In this document: piece after piece, positions 14,409 to 27,461 of the stretch
Layout of the letters: each line of letters opens with the position of its first letter
Position numbering within the stretch: the first letter of the stretch is position 1
From: Eledone cirrhosa
Lineage: Eukaryota
Reading direction: 5' to 3'
Assembly (NCBI GenBank): GCA_964016885.1
Contig: OZ024747.1
Location: 58,900,001 to 58,964,000 of the forward strand
Length of the DNA: 64,000 nucleotides
Made by a program: the position numbers and the translations under genes
The notes under the pieces: generated by a model
Database searches by the model: none
What the model was told of the DNA's origin: nothing
Seen by the model: the letters and a program-made list of their open reading frames with translations, nothing else

Positions 14409-14611
14409 TGGATATATATATATATATATTATAAATATATATCCATATACGACGAGCTTTTCCAGTTCCAAGAACCAAGTTTCACTGACAATGACTTTGT
14501 CAACACGAAGCTATAGTAGTAGACACTTGCAGAGATGTTAGGCTATAGGAATAAACCCAGAACCGAATGACTGAAAATGAACTAGACACACTAATTGCTG
14601 TGCTCCATTAA

Positions 14612-14911
14612 ATAATTGTTTCCACTTTTGGCACAAGGCCAGCAATAAACCAGTTTATTACTGGTACTTTATTTTATCGACCCCGTAAGGATGAAAGGCA
14701 AAGTTAACCCCGGCGGGATTTGAACTCAGAATGGAAAGGTGCTCCATTAAATAATTGTTTCTACTTTAGGCACAAGGCCAGCAATTACCCAGTACATTAC
14801 TGGTACTTTATTTTATCGACGCCGTAAGGATGAAAGGCAAAGTCAACCTCGGCGGGATTTGAACTCAGATCGTAAAGGGACGTAACTATGCTGGAAAGCA
14901 TGGCGTCCGAC
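14612..14911 (-). mobile_element. Two tandem SINE family 1 copies (one partial)
   Basis: Core and B-box twice. The flank GTGCTCCATTAAATAATTGTTT is duplicated at ~14600 and ~14739. Confidence 0.82.
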
Positions 14912-14959
14912 GGTACCCTAACATGGCCCCGGATCATAGGCTAAAACAGGCAACAAGTA

Positions 14960-15009
<50 letters not shown>

Positions 15010-15310
15010 GTGTCCTCCAGCGAAAGATGGAACGCAACATGTAGGGTATCCCGCTGCGTGATAAGGAGAAGAATAACAAACAACCATCAAGACAAAGAAA
15101 CACAGATGGGCTGGCCACACCTCGCGATTCAGTGACAGAGTGACAGAGTGGATCCCAAGAAAATGGACAAGATTAAAAGAACGTCCAAAGACAAAATTGG
15201 CGAGACGACCTCACCAACCACCTGGAACCCTCATGGCCAAGACTGGCAAGAGACAGAAGTCAGTGGAAGGAGTCCAGAGTGGAGTCCCTCCTCCGTGAGT
15301 GATTTCAAAA
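15010..15310 (+). pseudogene. RTE 3' fragment
   Basis: RWAGH..R and VTEWIPR-like motifs, frameshifted. Confidence 0.55.
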
Positions 15311-15756
15311 CCCTGGATCTAGAATATATATATATATTTATTATTTATATATATATATAGAGAGAGAGAGATATAGATATATAGATATGGGGGGGGGGTG
15401 ATATAAAGTGTTGAGTGATAATGATCATTGTGTTTAGAAATGCGAGTAAAAATGAAAGTAAATTGATATTAAACTTTATTCCAAATGCAATACATTAGCG
15501 ACTCCTGTAAGTTTATATAGTTACATTAAATCTTCTAATTGCAGCTCGTTTGCATTAATGCAATTAGCGTAATTATTATGCTGCTTTGTAATCAGTAAGC
15601 TAATTAAGACGCTCTCGCTCTCTCTGACTGAGGAAATTTAAAAGAATGAAAAATATACTCATATACAACGAATAACCGACGACGGCGATATATTTATATA
15701 TGAACTATGTCAATTTTGTATACCATTTTAATCAATAGCTCTTGCAGCTTACATCC

Positions 15757-15849
<93 letters not shown>

Positions 15850-16180
15850 TTGCAACTCGATTTCGAGTAATGTCATCGCTTGATACTTAAGCATAAGCAT
15901 CACCGACATGGCTTTTTAGTCCTGCAAGAGACTTACCTATAGCCACCAATTCGATGCATCGTCAAAAATGTCACATATCAAGCAATGTCTGGGCTTGAAG
16001 CTTTTTTAAGTGAGGAAAGGCTTTGCACGGGGCAATCCCACTCTCTGAACATCGAATACATTTGCCCCCAAGAATGAACTGGTCTACATCATTGGATGCA
16101 ATCGAAGTCGCAGGATTTATATCAAAGTAACCGTCTCCTAGAGAGATGTTTTAATGAAGACTGGGAGTCTCTCGCTCCAG

Positions 16181-16234
<54 letters not shown>

Positions 16235-16479
16235 GAGGAGGGATGGTGTGTGTGTCATGGTAAAATAAGAAAACTATAAATAACTGTTAAAACAGCCTAG
16301 AGCTGTCGAGGATAGTTTCCGGCAAAAAATACCTCAAAGGACAGAAAACAGAGGTTAGTAGGCGGCAAAGAGAAACAAAAAACTGCGAGGTGGATGACAG
16401 GTAGATGAAATATAGAACAGATTGAGAGGGGAGGAGAAGTTACCGGAAGAAATACATAAAGGAAGACGATGAACGAGAC

Positions 16480-17010
16480 ATGTTCACACCGCCATCCGCT
16501 TCATCAGCTCTCATACCAGCGGTGGTTTTGCACGATTTAACTGAGTGGACCACTCGTAACTCGTCCTAACTTGTCCATCTGGATGTCCGGACAAAACCAT
16601 ACCGCTAGCAATTTAACAGGTCTTTCCATCCACCACACGACAACGCTGTTGGATGCCATGTATCTGCCTCTGTGTGCCGAGCTGCGGGTCCACCGACATA
16701 TCCTGCTTATTTTTTTTTTATCCTGTAACCGCTCTGTACTTATTGAGCGCGGTGCCGATCATCTCAATGTGTTTGATGCTCGACACCTCGAGGATGAAAA
16801 CGTCGCCATATGCTGGGACGGATCTTTCACAGCATAGTTCGCGCGGGACTCACGTCAACGCTTTCAATTTGTGTAATAATGTCTCAAGTGTTAATACATA
16901 CAAAAGGGATGAGTGGAGACATCCATGGAGGACCGAAGGTATGATGTTGACCGGCTATGTCTCGCTCTTTTGGAATAGTGTCGGTATAACATCTGCCAGA
17001 ATAGAAGCGT
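16480..17010 (-). pseudogene. Degenerate LINE RT C-terminal fragment
   Basis: GC-richer segment. The minus strand gives LSWFCPDIQMD/AELMKRMA-like LINE 3' remnants. Confidence 0.45.
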
Positions 17011-17039
17011 TGCAACCAACAACAACAATAATGATAATA

Positions 17040-17232
17040 ATAATTGTTTCTACGTTAGGCACAAGGCCAGCAATTACCCAGAGTGCATTACTGGTACTTT
17101 ATTTTATCGACCCCGTAAGGATGAAAGGCAAAGTCAACCTCTGCGGGATTTGAACTCAGATCGTAAAGGGACGTAACTATGCTGGAAAGCATGGCGTCCG
17201 ACCCCCTACCGATACTGCCAATCCACCGCCCT
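17040..17232 (-). mobile_element. tRNA-derived SINE, family 1
   Basis: Full unit on the minus strand within (AAT)n. Confidence 0.85.
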
Positions 17233-18171
17233 ATAATAATGATAATAATAATGATAATAATAATGATGAGGAAAACTGTTGTTGAGTTGCCTGCCCTTAT
17301 GTCATAATTAGAAATCAATAATACACGTAACAAACTGAAATACGTCCCAAATCGTAATGATCAGCTAAAAGCTTTGAAGTCAGAAACATAGCATGGCCGC
17401 AGTCCAAAAGCAGTAAAAGAATAAAGGGAAAGAAAATAATATATACAATACATGCATATACACAATACATATACATACATATATATACATATATATACAT
17501 ACATATATATATATATAAATATATATATTATATATATATATATATAGTGTATATAGATATATATTGTGTGTGTATATATATATGTGTGTGTATGTATGTA
17601 TACATGTGTGTGTATACATACATATTTAATCATATAGCTGTTTTCCCGGTAATAATATCCAGCCACATTAACTATATGTGGCCGATCTATTTTACAGCCA
17701 ATCGAAAGCCAGGATACGAACAAGGAGGTGAGTAAGAGGAGGATGGGAAAGGCACTTATAAGAGGGGGAGGAGGGTAGTAGAGTGGTGACGTGTTTCTAC
17801 ATTACTGTGACGGATTATTGTACACAACGAGAGGAATACGGGTGGATGGTGATTAGTCATGCTAGTTGAGAGGAGAAAGACAGAAAAAAAAAGAAAGAAC
17901 AGAGATTAAATGAGAAACCGACAGAGGCAGAGAGATAACGAAAGTCAGAGAGAGATAACGAGAGCGAGAGTGAACGATAGTTCAGTGCAAGTGAGACAGA
18001 GTTGCAACTGTGATGCAATCAAGAAGTGAAGCAGGTGGTGAGAAGTGTATGGGAAGCGGGTGCATCGTTTAGTTTCTCTCGTGCTACATAACAATAGCTG
18101 TGAATGTTATGTCTGAACAGTTGTTCTGGGTTGCAGCCTAGCTAAGACTTGTTAGGTCATCATTGTTATAT

Positions 18172-18222
<51 letters not shown>

Positions 18223-18226
<4 letters not shown>

Positions 18227-18399
18227 AACGAGTAGGACCCCGACGGCTGAGCTGGACTCAGTCCAGAATTAGCCGTCGAAACGGTTTGAGCTCAACCGTC
18301 GGGGTCCTACTCGTTCCTATTACCCACTCTACTACCCTAAGTATTGAGTACTTTGGTGCCGTATGGTCCACCTGGTTCCTTACCACATTTCCTTCGTTA
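18223..18399 (+). mobile_element. Hairpin+tail mini-element, family A, copy 3 (deletion in left arm)
   Basis: Same ends as copy 1, with (TA)n flanks. Confidence 0.85.
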
Positions 18400-18548
18400 T
18401 ATATATACATATATATATATATATAAATATAAAGGAGCCTTTATCCTTATAGCTTGGTCTAATTGATTTTTTATATGGTTAATTATGCTGATTGGCAGAG
18501 GAAATGGTATATATTTTATTTATCTAATAATTCTATAGACATGATTTA

Positions 18549-18618
<70 letters not shown>

Positions 18619-18817
18619 GTGAGGTTTTTTTTACAAAATGAAAAATAACCGAGGTGTCCTACTCGAGTGAAAGTATAAAGAAAAAAAGATGAAATCGAAA
18701 ATGCAACTGGAGTCTTATTTAAAAAAAAATATATATATTTATTTGGTTCCTTTACCGGTTTCGCAGTTCTTCTGCTTTTCAAAAGTAGAGATGAGATGGA
18801 GGGTCTGTGTTTTTTCT

Positions 18818-18919
<102 letters not shown>

Positions 18920-18986
18920 CAAGGTTTAGCAAATAAGAAAAAGTTTCAAAATAATTTTTTTTAAATTCACTGTACTCACTATGGTT

Positions 18987-19072
18987 ACCTTTACCGAATC
19001 GGTTTCGATCTCAAAAATAAATAGACAATCGTTGCGGCCTTCCATTGAAAAGATAAACTCTCGTCAGAAGGT
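18987..19072 (-). ncRNA. Type I hammerhead with enlarged stem II
   Basis: ACCTT-CTGACGA-GA...TC-GAAA-CCGATTCGG-TA-AAGGT. Confidence 0.72.
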
Positions 19073-19439
19073 TCTTTTCACTCGGAGAATATAAAATTCC
19101 CGAGTTCAAATTACGAACTGGCGCTATTCAAAATGTTCCCGAGATGAGAATGAATGATGTGGAAGCAATTCTGTCCAGTGCCGTGTGTAAAGATAGAAGC
19201 AGAGGCAGGGAGGTCAGTCTACTACCATTATAAATAGCAGCAGTCAAAATGACCAGATTTCATCTCGACCAAGAGGAGTATAATAATAATAAAGTTTATA
19301 TCCCTACATGCAAAAAGCGTCCAGGGACACATGTATTGTCCAACCATATGCCAATGTGGTTCAATGGCAGGTTAATAAATTAACGAACCAGAACATATAT
19401 AATCAAGGTTTAGCAAATATATAAATATATATATATATT

Positions 19440-19820
19440 TGAGTCCCGGGTTCAATCTGGGGGGAACAAAGTAAGTAAGCTACTCAATACATTAGTAGAG
19501 TATATGCAACACATTTCTGAAGATTTCCTTAGAATGAATGAAACAGTTCTACTCCTGTAGAAACAATTTCTATATAAAATGTGATGCATATACTGTACTA
19601 ACTTATTGAGTGCTTTTTGAACTGTTGTCATCTCCCGATACTCATCTAGAATCCAGTCATTTTATATATATATATACGTTATTCTGGGTTGAATCGGAGG
19701 TAACCACAGTAAGTAAGGTACTCGATACATAGCAGAGTATAAAAGTTTCATCAGGGATTCCTGATGATTTCTAAATAATGAAACAGTTCTAGTCCTGTAG
19801 AATCTCATCTATATTAAAAC
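19440..19820 (+). mobile_element. Two related pseudo-LTR-like units with degenerate hammerhead cores
   Basis: CTGAAGA-TTTC..GAAT-GAAA-CAG-TT at ~19517 and CTGATGA-TTTC..TAAT-GAAA-CAG-TT at ~19751. GAGTRCT-like motifs occur in both orientations. Confidence 0.5.
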
Positions 19821-19869
19821 TATATATATATATATACACACACACTCACACACATACACACACATACAT

Positions 19870-19898
<29 letters not shown>

Positions 19899-19900
<2 letters not shown>

Positions 19901-20088
19901 ATGAAGGAAGTGTGGTAAGGAACCAGGTGGACCATAACGCACCAAAGTAGTCAATACTTGAGGTAGTAGAGTGGGTAATAGGAACCAGTAAGACCCCGAC
20001 AGCTGAGCTCAAGCCGTTTCGACGGCTAATTCTGGACTGGATTAGCCGTCGAAACGGCTTGAGCTCAGCTGTCGGGGTCTTACTGGTT

Positions 20089-20092
<4 letters not shown>
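19899..20092 (-). mobile_element. Hairpin+tail mini-element, family A, copy 4
   Basis: Reverse complement of copy 1, with (TA)n flanks. Confidence 0.85.
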
Positions 20093-20152
<60 letters not shown>

Positions 20153-20177
20153 TCTAGTTTGCTGTCACCACAGAATA

Positions 20178-20216
20178 TGAACTTGAAGATTGCGAAAGCA
20201 TGAAAGTACTTGTTCA
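20178..20216 (+). ncRNA. Minimal hammerhead variant (U3, U10.1-U11.1, CUU site)
   Basis: TGAAC-TTGAAGA-TTGC gaaa GCAT-GAAA-GTAC-TT-GTTCA. Confidence 0.65.
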
Positions 20217-20335
20217 ATTAACACTTAACATTTAATATTCTAGCATACTATTTCATTATAATATCATTATAATTGTATAGGATTGTAAATAAAACGAGTA
20301 AATCAGACAAAGTTGGGATTCCTTTTATTAATATA

Positions 20336-20367
<32 letters not shown>

Positions 20368-21456
20368 CGTATGTTTGTAATTATATAGATATCAAAATTG
20401 TTGAAGATCATTCTCCTGTATTGACTTATCGCGTATATACATATGTATATGTGTGATGTGTATATGTGTGATGTGTGATGTGTGATGTGTGTGTGTTGGT
20501 GTGTGCGTATATTTCTGAGTGTGTAATTTCCGGAGGAATAATATTGTACCAAACGCATAAAGGGAGACAAACACTTATTGCTGATCCTTTGCAACTTTTT
20601 AAACATTCATTTGGACACACTGTGTGTATCTTTTTTAGAGTATGAGTACCATATTCCTGTGTGTCTTGAGAGGCTACGGAGCCACCAACAATTGCTTTAA
20701 AAGTACCCCCAAGATAGGTAAAAATCACTAATGAGCAAGGTTGGATTTAGACCTTGGGGACCGCGGGGAAGTTCAGGTTTTGGAGGGCCCATCGTACACA
20801 ACAAATTAGAATAAACAGCAAACCAATTTTACACATCAAAGTTAGCTCGGTGCAAATAATTGAAATTGAAACCTTATGCATCGACAGTCGAACGACTTTC
20901 GCCAAATCGGACCAACGGTCTTTCCAATTGCTAATATTATCTATCGGTCGCAAATCCAGGTAGAAGAAGTAACGTGAAATAAAGCGTCTTGCTCAAAGTG
21001 AGAACGCATCGCCCGGTCCAAGAATGAAACTCACAACCTCACGATTGCGAATCCAATTCTCTAACCACTCAGCCACGCGCCTTCACGTTATACATATTAA
21101 ATTCAGAAGTTCTGACCATCCTAAAACAAAAAAAGCCCAGCTGAGGGCACAAATAAATTGCTACAGCCGTCTCGTCGGGTATACGAATTTCCCTGTAAAT
21201 CCTTTTTCAACTTACAGGGAAATTCGGATTTCTGATATGTTTACATACCTACAAATTAGTTATATGTTTATATTTATACACGTTGATGATATCTCGATTG
21301 CACACTCTGTATTTATTCTGATATGTCTTTCCATATATATATATATATATATATGGAAAAACATACGTCCATCCAGGGACGTATGTTTTTCCAAGGGTGG
21401 TGCCCCAGCATGGCCTCAGCCGCATGGCTGGAACAGTTAAAAGAGTAAAAGAGATG

Positions 21457-21530
<74 letters not shown>

Positions 21531-21848
21531 TCCAGTAAAGGTTTATTTATACGATATGTTTGCCAGGCACACGAGGAGACGATTATGTTTTACGAACAGC
21601 ATATCACATAAACGTAGATTCATCTGATGAAATCGAACCTATACTAGCAACAAATGCAACTACTGCACCGAGACGGCATATATGACGCCATAGAAACAAT
21701 GAATAAACGCTTTATGTAAGCACAGCATCTTCCTTAATGTTATTCTTGTATAAATATATATATATATATATATTATAATAATAATTGTCAAAACTAAAAT
21801 CCGAAGATATATATTATAAATATTTGCTCTACAGGTTTTATATACATA

Positions 21849-22460
21849 CATGGTGGCTGCCAACTCGTTTTCGAGTACGGCCACTACTTTATATCCATGT
21901 AGGAGAACCCCTACTGATGCGCTGAACGAGTGTGACTTTTTAGTCCAGCCAGCGACTTGAAAGCTCTGGTACAAACACTACACTTGTGACAATTATTGAC
22001 ACATAGTGCTGGGCCCATGGTACCATGTGACGACAAATGCAGAGAGATCTCCAGATATAAAGCAATGCCTGTGCCGTGAAGCTTTTATAGTGAGCAAAGG
22101 CACTGCACAAAGCCAGTCCCACTCTCTTAACCAAGATGATATTTACCAAAAAGAAGAACAAGTCAACATCATTGGATACCATCAGGGTTGCAGGTGTTAT
22201 ATCAGAGTTTTCCTTCTCCTAGAATTCTGCCTTGACAAAGGCTAAGGGGTCATCTCTCCCGGTGATTTTGGATGGCCATTGACTCTTAAGAGCTCCTTTG
22301 CCTTTTGACAGGTTTTGTTTTTAGTCCTGCAGGATGTCCAAAGTCACCCTCCTCACCAAGAAACCTTGGTGGGGTTGCCAGTTTAGTCGCCAACGACCCG
22401 ACCATGGGACAGGTTGTACTGGAATACATGTTACCAGTAGCACCAACTGGTGACCTGACA
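21849..22460 (-). mobile_element. Second copy of the ~610 bp RTE-derived non-autonomous element
   Basis: Reverse complement of 52-662 with the same two ends, flanked by (TA)n. Confidence 0.8.
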
Positions 22461-22493
22461 TATATATATATATATACATACATATATATATAT

Positions 22494-22579
<86 letters not shown>

Positions 22580-23272
22580 TACATATAATCCTTATCGAGC
22601 CATCTTCACATTTTGCCTTTCATACTTACGGGGTCGATAAAATTAAGTACCAGTAATGTACTGGGTTATTGCTGGCCTTGTGCCAAAAGTAGAAACAATT
22701 ATTACTATAGATATATATATATATATATATATACATATATATATAGTTCATTTCTGTGTGCTTATATTTTGTGAGATTGCAGTCGCATGTGTTGCCGTCG
22801 TGTTCAATGTCTCATAATAGGCAGCTTGCAAAAGATGAAAAACACTTTAAGAGGTGCACCAAGCTTCAAACAGAGCAAACTACTTCAGCCGTCAATGGTG
22901 GCTATTGACACAATGCAGCGACACGTACCACGCTCAACAGAAACAAACACCATTATATAAATGAATGCCTAACTAGAAACACATGTAAACCACTATACCA
23001 CTTACAAATGCATCAGTAAACATATGGTATAGTACCGGGATGGTTTTAGATTCTACCTGTTAATTACCAGCATACAGGTAAACGTATATACACCTGTAGA
23101 AAAACAGAGAGGGGTGAGGGAGGGAAGTGCGTTAGAAAAACAGTGTTTGTACGTGAACGTGTTTATATCTGTATTTCGTCATTCACAAGAACAAACATGT
23201 GTCTGTGTAGATATATAAATATGTATGAGTGTAAATTTTAGAGTCCGAGCTTCTGTTGTTGTTATATATATA

Positions 23273-23725
23273 TCTAAACTATAATAAAGGGAGGAGCGGG
23301 AGACTGCGTACGGTTTAATATATTTATCCCATTAGTAAAATAAGCTGGATTACTTTGAATAAATAATGAATGAATATTACATAATTTATTTACTAAATTT
23401 CGTGGCTATTAATTAAATATATTTCGTTTATTTAAAGATTCACTTCTTTAAAATTTCTGAAATATCAACACTTCCGGTTGGCGATCGCTTAAATACACAT
23501 ATTAATTTTCTGTCACTAATTTTCTCCTAATATCGCCTTTTTTTAATGTATCGTGGATTACGTTACTAATTACATAAGAGAGTGTATAGTCTTCGTTCAA
23601 TTTCTGTGTATATTGTCAATTACGATTTTATTTGATGTATCATATTTACATGTATATATATACTTGCGTATAATATCAATATACACACTACACATGCTAG
23701 CAGAAAACCACCCGAAGGACTGGAA
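23273..23725 (+). mobile_element. Second, 3'-truncated copy of the Helitron-like element
   Basis: Colinear similarity to 24595-25070 with the same TC start. Confidence 0.6.
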
Positions 23726-24039
23726 AATTTACATAAGGATCACAATGTGAAACAGATCTGTCAGCTTATCTCCCTTCGTTTTTTGAAAAAAGAAGTAAGT
23801 GACATAGTCACTACTTTAAAATAATAGCGCAAGGTCTTCAAAATGTTTTTAATTAAGCATACAGTATATTGCCAAATATACTATACATATATTCATGTAT
23901 GCATCGCTATTTCAGAGTACCAATCCTAATTTTCAATGTTTGCTGGACCGGCAATCGTTCTGTATAATCAGTTCCTAATTATTACTGGAATTCTATAAGA
24001 ATCCAGCCTCTATAATTGTCAACAAACTTCGGCGAGTGC

Positions 24040-24085
24040 TGAGCTCTGATGATCACCAACAGTGTGAAACAGATCTGTCAGCTTA
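24040..24085 (+). ncRNA. Minimal type I hammerhead (U10.1-U11.1 variant) in a partial-tandem pseudo-LTR
   Basis: TGAGCT-CTGATGA-TCAC caaca GTGT-GAAA-CAGATCTG-TC-AGCTTA. Its 3' half and the downstream ~150 bp are duplicated at 23740-23890. Confidence 0.8.
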
Positions 24086-24316
24086 TCTCCCTTCGTTTGT
24101 TGAAAAAAGAAGTAAGTGACAGAGTCACTACTTTAAAATAATAGTGCAAAGTCTTCAAAATGTTTTTAATTAAGCATACAGTATATTGCCAAATATACTA
24201 CACATATATAAATGAAGATATTTATAATCTAACGATATATAATTAAATTTTACCATCTACATAAGTTCTTTAACTTGCAATCCGATATTTCTTTTTTCTT
24301 TGGCAATGCATCTCTC

Positions 24317-24415
<99 letters not shown>

Positions 24416-24594
24416 ACGGTAATAATCGATCTTACAACATCTTTTCTCTTAGATCTGATACAAACATATTAACCTTGAATTTTTATGTTACTGCTCCTAA
24501 TGAATTTTTTTTTATTTATATTGGTGGAGTTGACTTTAGGTTCTAATAGTGACTACTTGTAGCACTTTGATTAACCTCTTCTTTGGACAGACAA

Positions 24595-25083
24595 TCTAAA
24601 CTATAATAAAGTAAGGAGTGGGGGACTGCTCCAGAATATTTTTTTTTTATCCAGTTTGTAAAATAAGTTGGATTACTTTAAATAAATAATGAATGAATAT
24701 TACATAATTTATCTACTAAATTTCGTTATTCTTGATTAAATATAAATAATTTTGTTGCTTATTTTAAGATTCACTTCTTTTAAAATGTCAAATGTCAACA
24801 CTTCCGGTTAACGATCGCTTCAATAAACATTCATATATTTCCGTCACTAATTTTCTCCTAATGCAGTTTATATATAATATCGTCTTTTTTTTAATGTATC
24901 ATGGATTACGCTACTGATTACATAAGACAGTGTTATGCAGTTTTCGTTCAATTTCTGTGTATATTGCAAATTACGATATTATTTGATGTATCATATCTAC
25001 ATGCATACATACTTGCGTATAATATCAATATGCACACTACACATGCTAGCAGTCAACCACCCAAACGGTGGTTTTTCTGCTAG
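24595..25083 (+). mobile_element. Non-autonomous Helitron-like element
   Basis: Begins A|TCTAAACTATAATAAA and ends with hairpin AACCACC caaac GGTGGTT and CTAG|T. No TSD. 3'-truncated homolog at 23273-~23725. Confidence 0.62.
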
Positions 25084-25309
25084 TATGATTAATTACTTTA
25101 CGTATTAATCAATATTTTAATACATACATACATACATACATACATACATACATACATACATACATACATACATACATACATACACACATATGCGTTCAAA
25201 TCGTAAGGGACCAGATTCGCTAAGGTGAAAAGAATACTAACTATAGACAATAGGGTTTGCCTGACTCAATTTAAGAATAAATACAAACCGGAATTGTGGT
25301 AACTACCAA

Positions 25310-25389
25310 TCACCCAGACAGATTTGGTACTGCTGTTTCGCAAAATTAATTGTGAATAGGAACGCCAATTCTTGCTCATCAGTGGGTGA
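25310..25389 (-). ncRNA. Type I hammerhead ribozyme (canonical, GUC site)
   Basis: TCACCCA-CTGATGA-GCAAGAATT...AATTTTGC-GAAA-CAG(cagtaccaaat)CTG-TC-TGGGTGA, with a perfect 7 bp stem I. Confidence 0.85.
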
Positions 25390-25615
25390 AGAATTAGTAT
25401 CCTAGACACTTCTAAGTATATTAAGTAACTGAATAGTGTGCGTATATATAACAACGCATACGATTTGAGCACATATATGTATATATATTTGTTCTTCTTT
25501 CTTTTATATTCAATTATAATATACGGCTCGGAAAAATCTCTTTCCTAAAGCTATTTTATTGTAAGAGACTATTTTGAGTTTCTAACTCAATATATACCTT
25601 TGATATATACCTTTG

Positions 25616-25646
<31 letters not shown>

Positions 25647-25704
25647 TTAAAAAATAATGAATAAAACAATGAAACAGTTCCTTATATTAAACAAAAAAAG
25701 TTCA

Positions 25705-25848
25705 TTATTTAACGATCGTTTCTAGGACATATATGTGTTAGAATTGGTATGCATATTCAACATCTATGTACAAAATTATACAAAATTATACAAATTATCA
25801 AATATAATATACATACCAACACATACATATGCCGTCTTCAGAAATAAT
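25705..25848 (-). ncRNA. Hammerhead-like motif with ~110 nt stem II domain
   Basis: TTATTTT-CTGAAGA-CGGCATATGTATGTGTTGG...CTAACACATATATGTCCTA-GAAA-CGATCG-TT-AAATAA. Confidence 0.6.
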
Positions 25849-25961
25849 AATTCTTTCACCGAAAGTGATTTTTGAATGCATCTCTTCTTTCCATGATATC
25901 CGGATTATATTGAGTTCTTCATACGGATTGGACACTACCGTAAACTCTTGGTAGATTTATC

Positions 25962-26038
<77 letters not shown>

Positions 26039-26162
26039 AAGATAACAGATTAAAGTTTAAGCGAAGAATCGCTGCTTTCATCCTTATATATTTATCCTTA
26101 TCGAGCCCTTTTTGGATTTTAGTCTTCATATTTTTTATTATTATTATTACTATTATTATTAA

Positions 26163-26385
26163 GGGCGGTGGATTGGCAGGATCGGTAGAGGGTCGGACGC
26201 CATGCTTTGCAGCATAGAGTTACGGCCCTTTATGATCTGAGCTCAAATCCCGCCGAGGTTAACTTTGCCTTTCATCCTTATGGGGTCGATAAAATAAAGT
26301 ACCAGTCACGCACAGGGGTCGATTTAATCGGCTTTCCCTTCCCCTCAAATTACCGGCCTTGTGCCTATATAAGAAACCATTATTA
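26163..26385 (+). mobile_element. tRNA-derived SINE, family 1 (long variant)
   Basis: GGCGGTGGATTGGCAGGATCGG head, core, and AGAAACCATTATT tail. Confidence 0.85.
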
Positions 26386-27330
26386 CTACTATATATATAT
26401 ATAGTATTGCGGAGTTCTATTCTAACTTAACCTCCGTCTTTTGAGTAGCCACTCCTCCTCGCGGGATTCGCACCTCGGACGGCCAACTCCGCTCCGATAG
26501 CAGTGTGTAGTATGAACGCCAGAATTCTCCACAGCTACAGGCTCTGCCACAAACCTATCCGAGAGCGCCCGATACTTATTTAATTATGAAATTCTGTATA
26601 TTGTTATATCATAAAAATTTCTATTGTATTTTAACTAATAAAAAAAGGGAGCTGAGCAGAAAATGTCAATAGCACTTGGTTAAGTTTGAGAAACGCTGGT
26701 TGGAGCAACAACGATGCCCACAAAAACAGCAACAACAACACACTATTCTATAGAGTAGGTGACCAATAAAGCTTGCTAGAAATAATAATGGTTGAATAGG
26801 TAGCATAGAAATAATGGCTGGATATATTAACAGAACGATTCATTGAAGATACGGATGGTCAGCTAGATATTGTGAATGACAGACGGTTTGATTTCATGGA
26901 TGGATGAATAAACGAATTAATGACAAAATAAATGACTATGTTATGTTAGTCTGAACTGAACAGGGATGACGGGGAAGCTGGAATGGACTTGTAAACAAGA
27001 TGGTTGCCTAGAAACACAATATCAGTATTAGTAACAGGCTAAAGCAGGCCACTCCAGACAAACGTCAGGACAAAGCTAGATCGACCCTGTCTTGGCAAAG
27101 AGCCCGTTAAACCTGTTTACTATGATTTCACAGTGACGACTGGCAATACTGGGTTACATGCCTTATGACTGTTATTACAAGCGGTTGTTGTTATTTAGCC
27201 CCAGGTAAAGACTGGTTGACAAGTCTATTATGATCAGAACTCCCAGTTGCAACATTTCCATCATATTTATTAAGGATAACATCTAACGTGTAAACCATGT
27301 TTCTTACAGAGAAGGACTGTGGAATTATTA

Positions 27331-27461
<131 letters not shown>

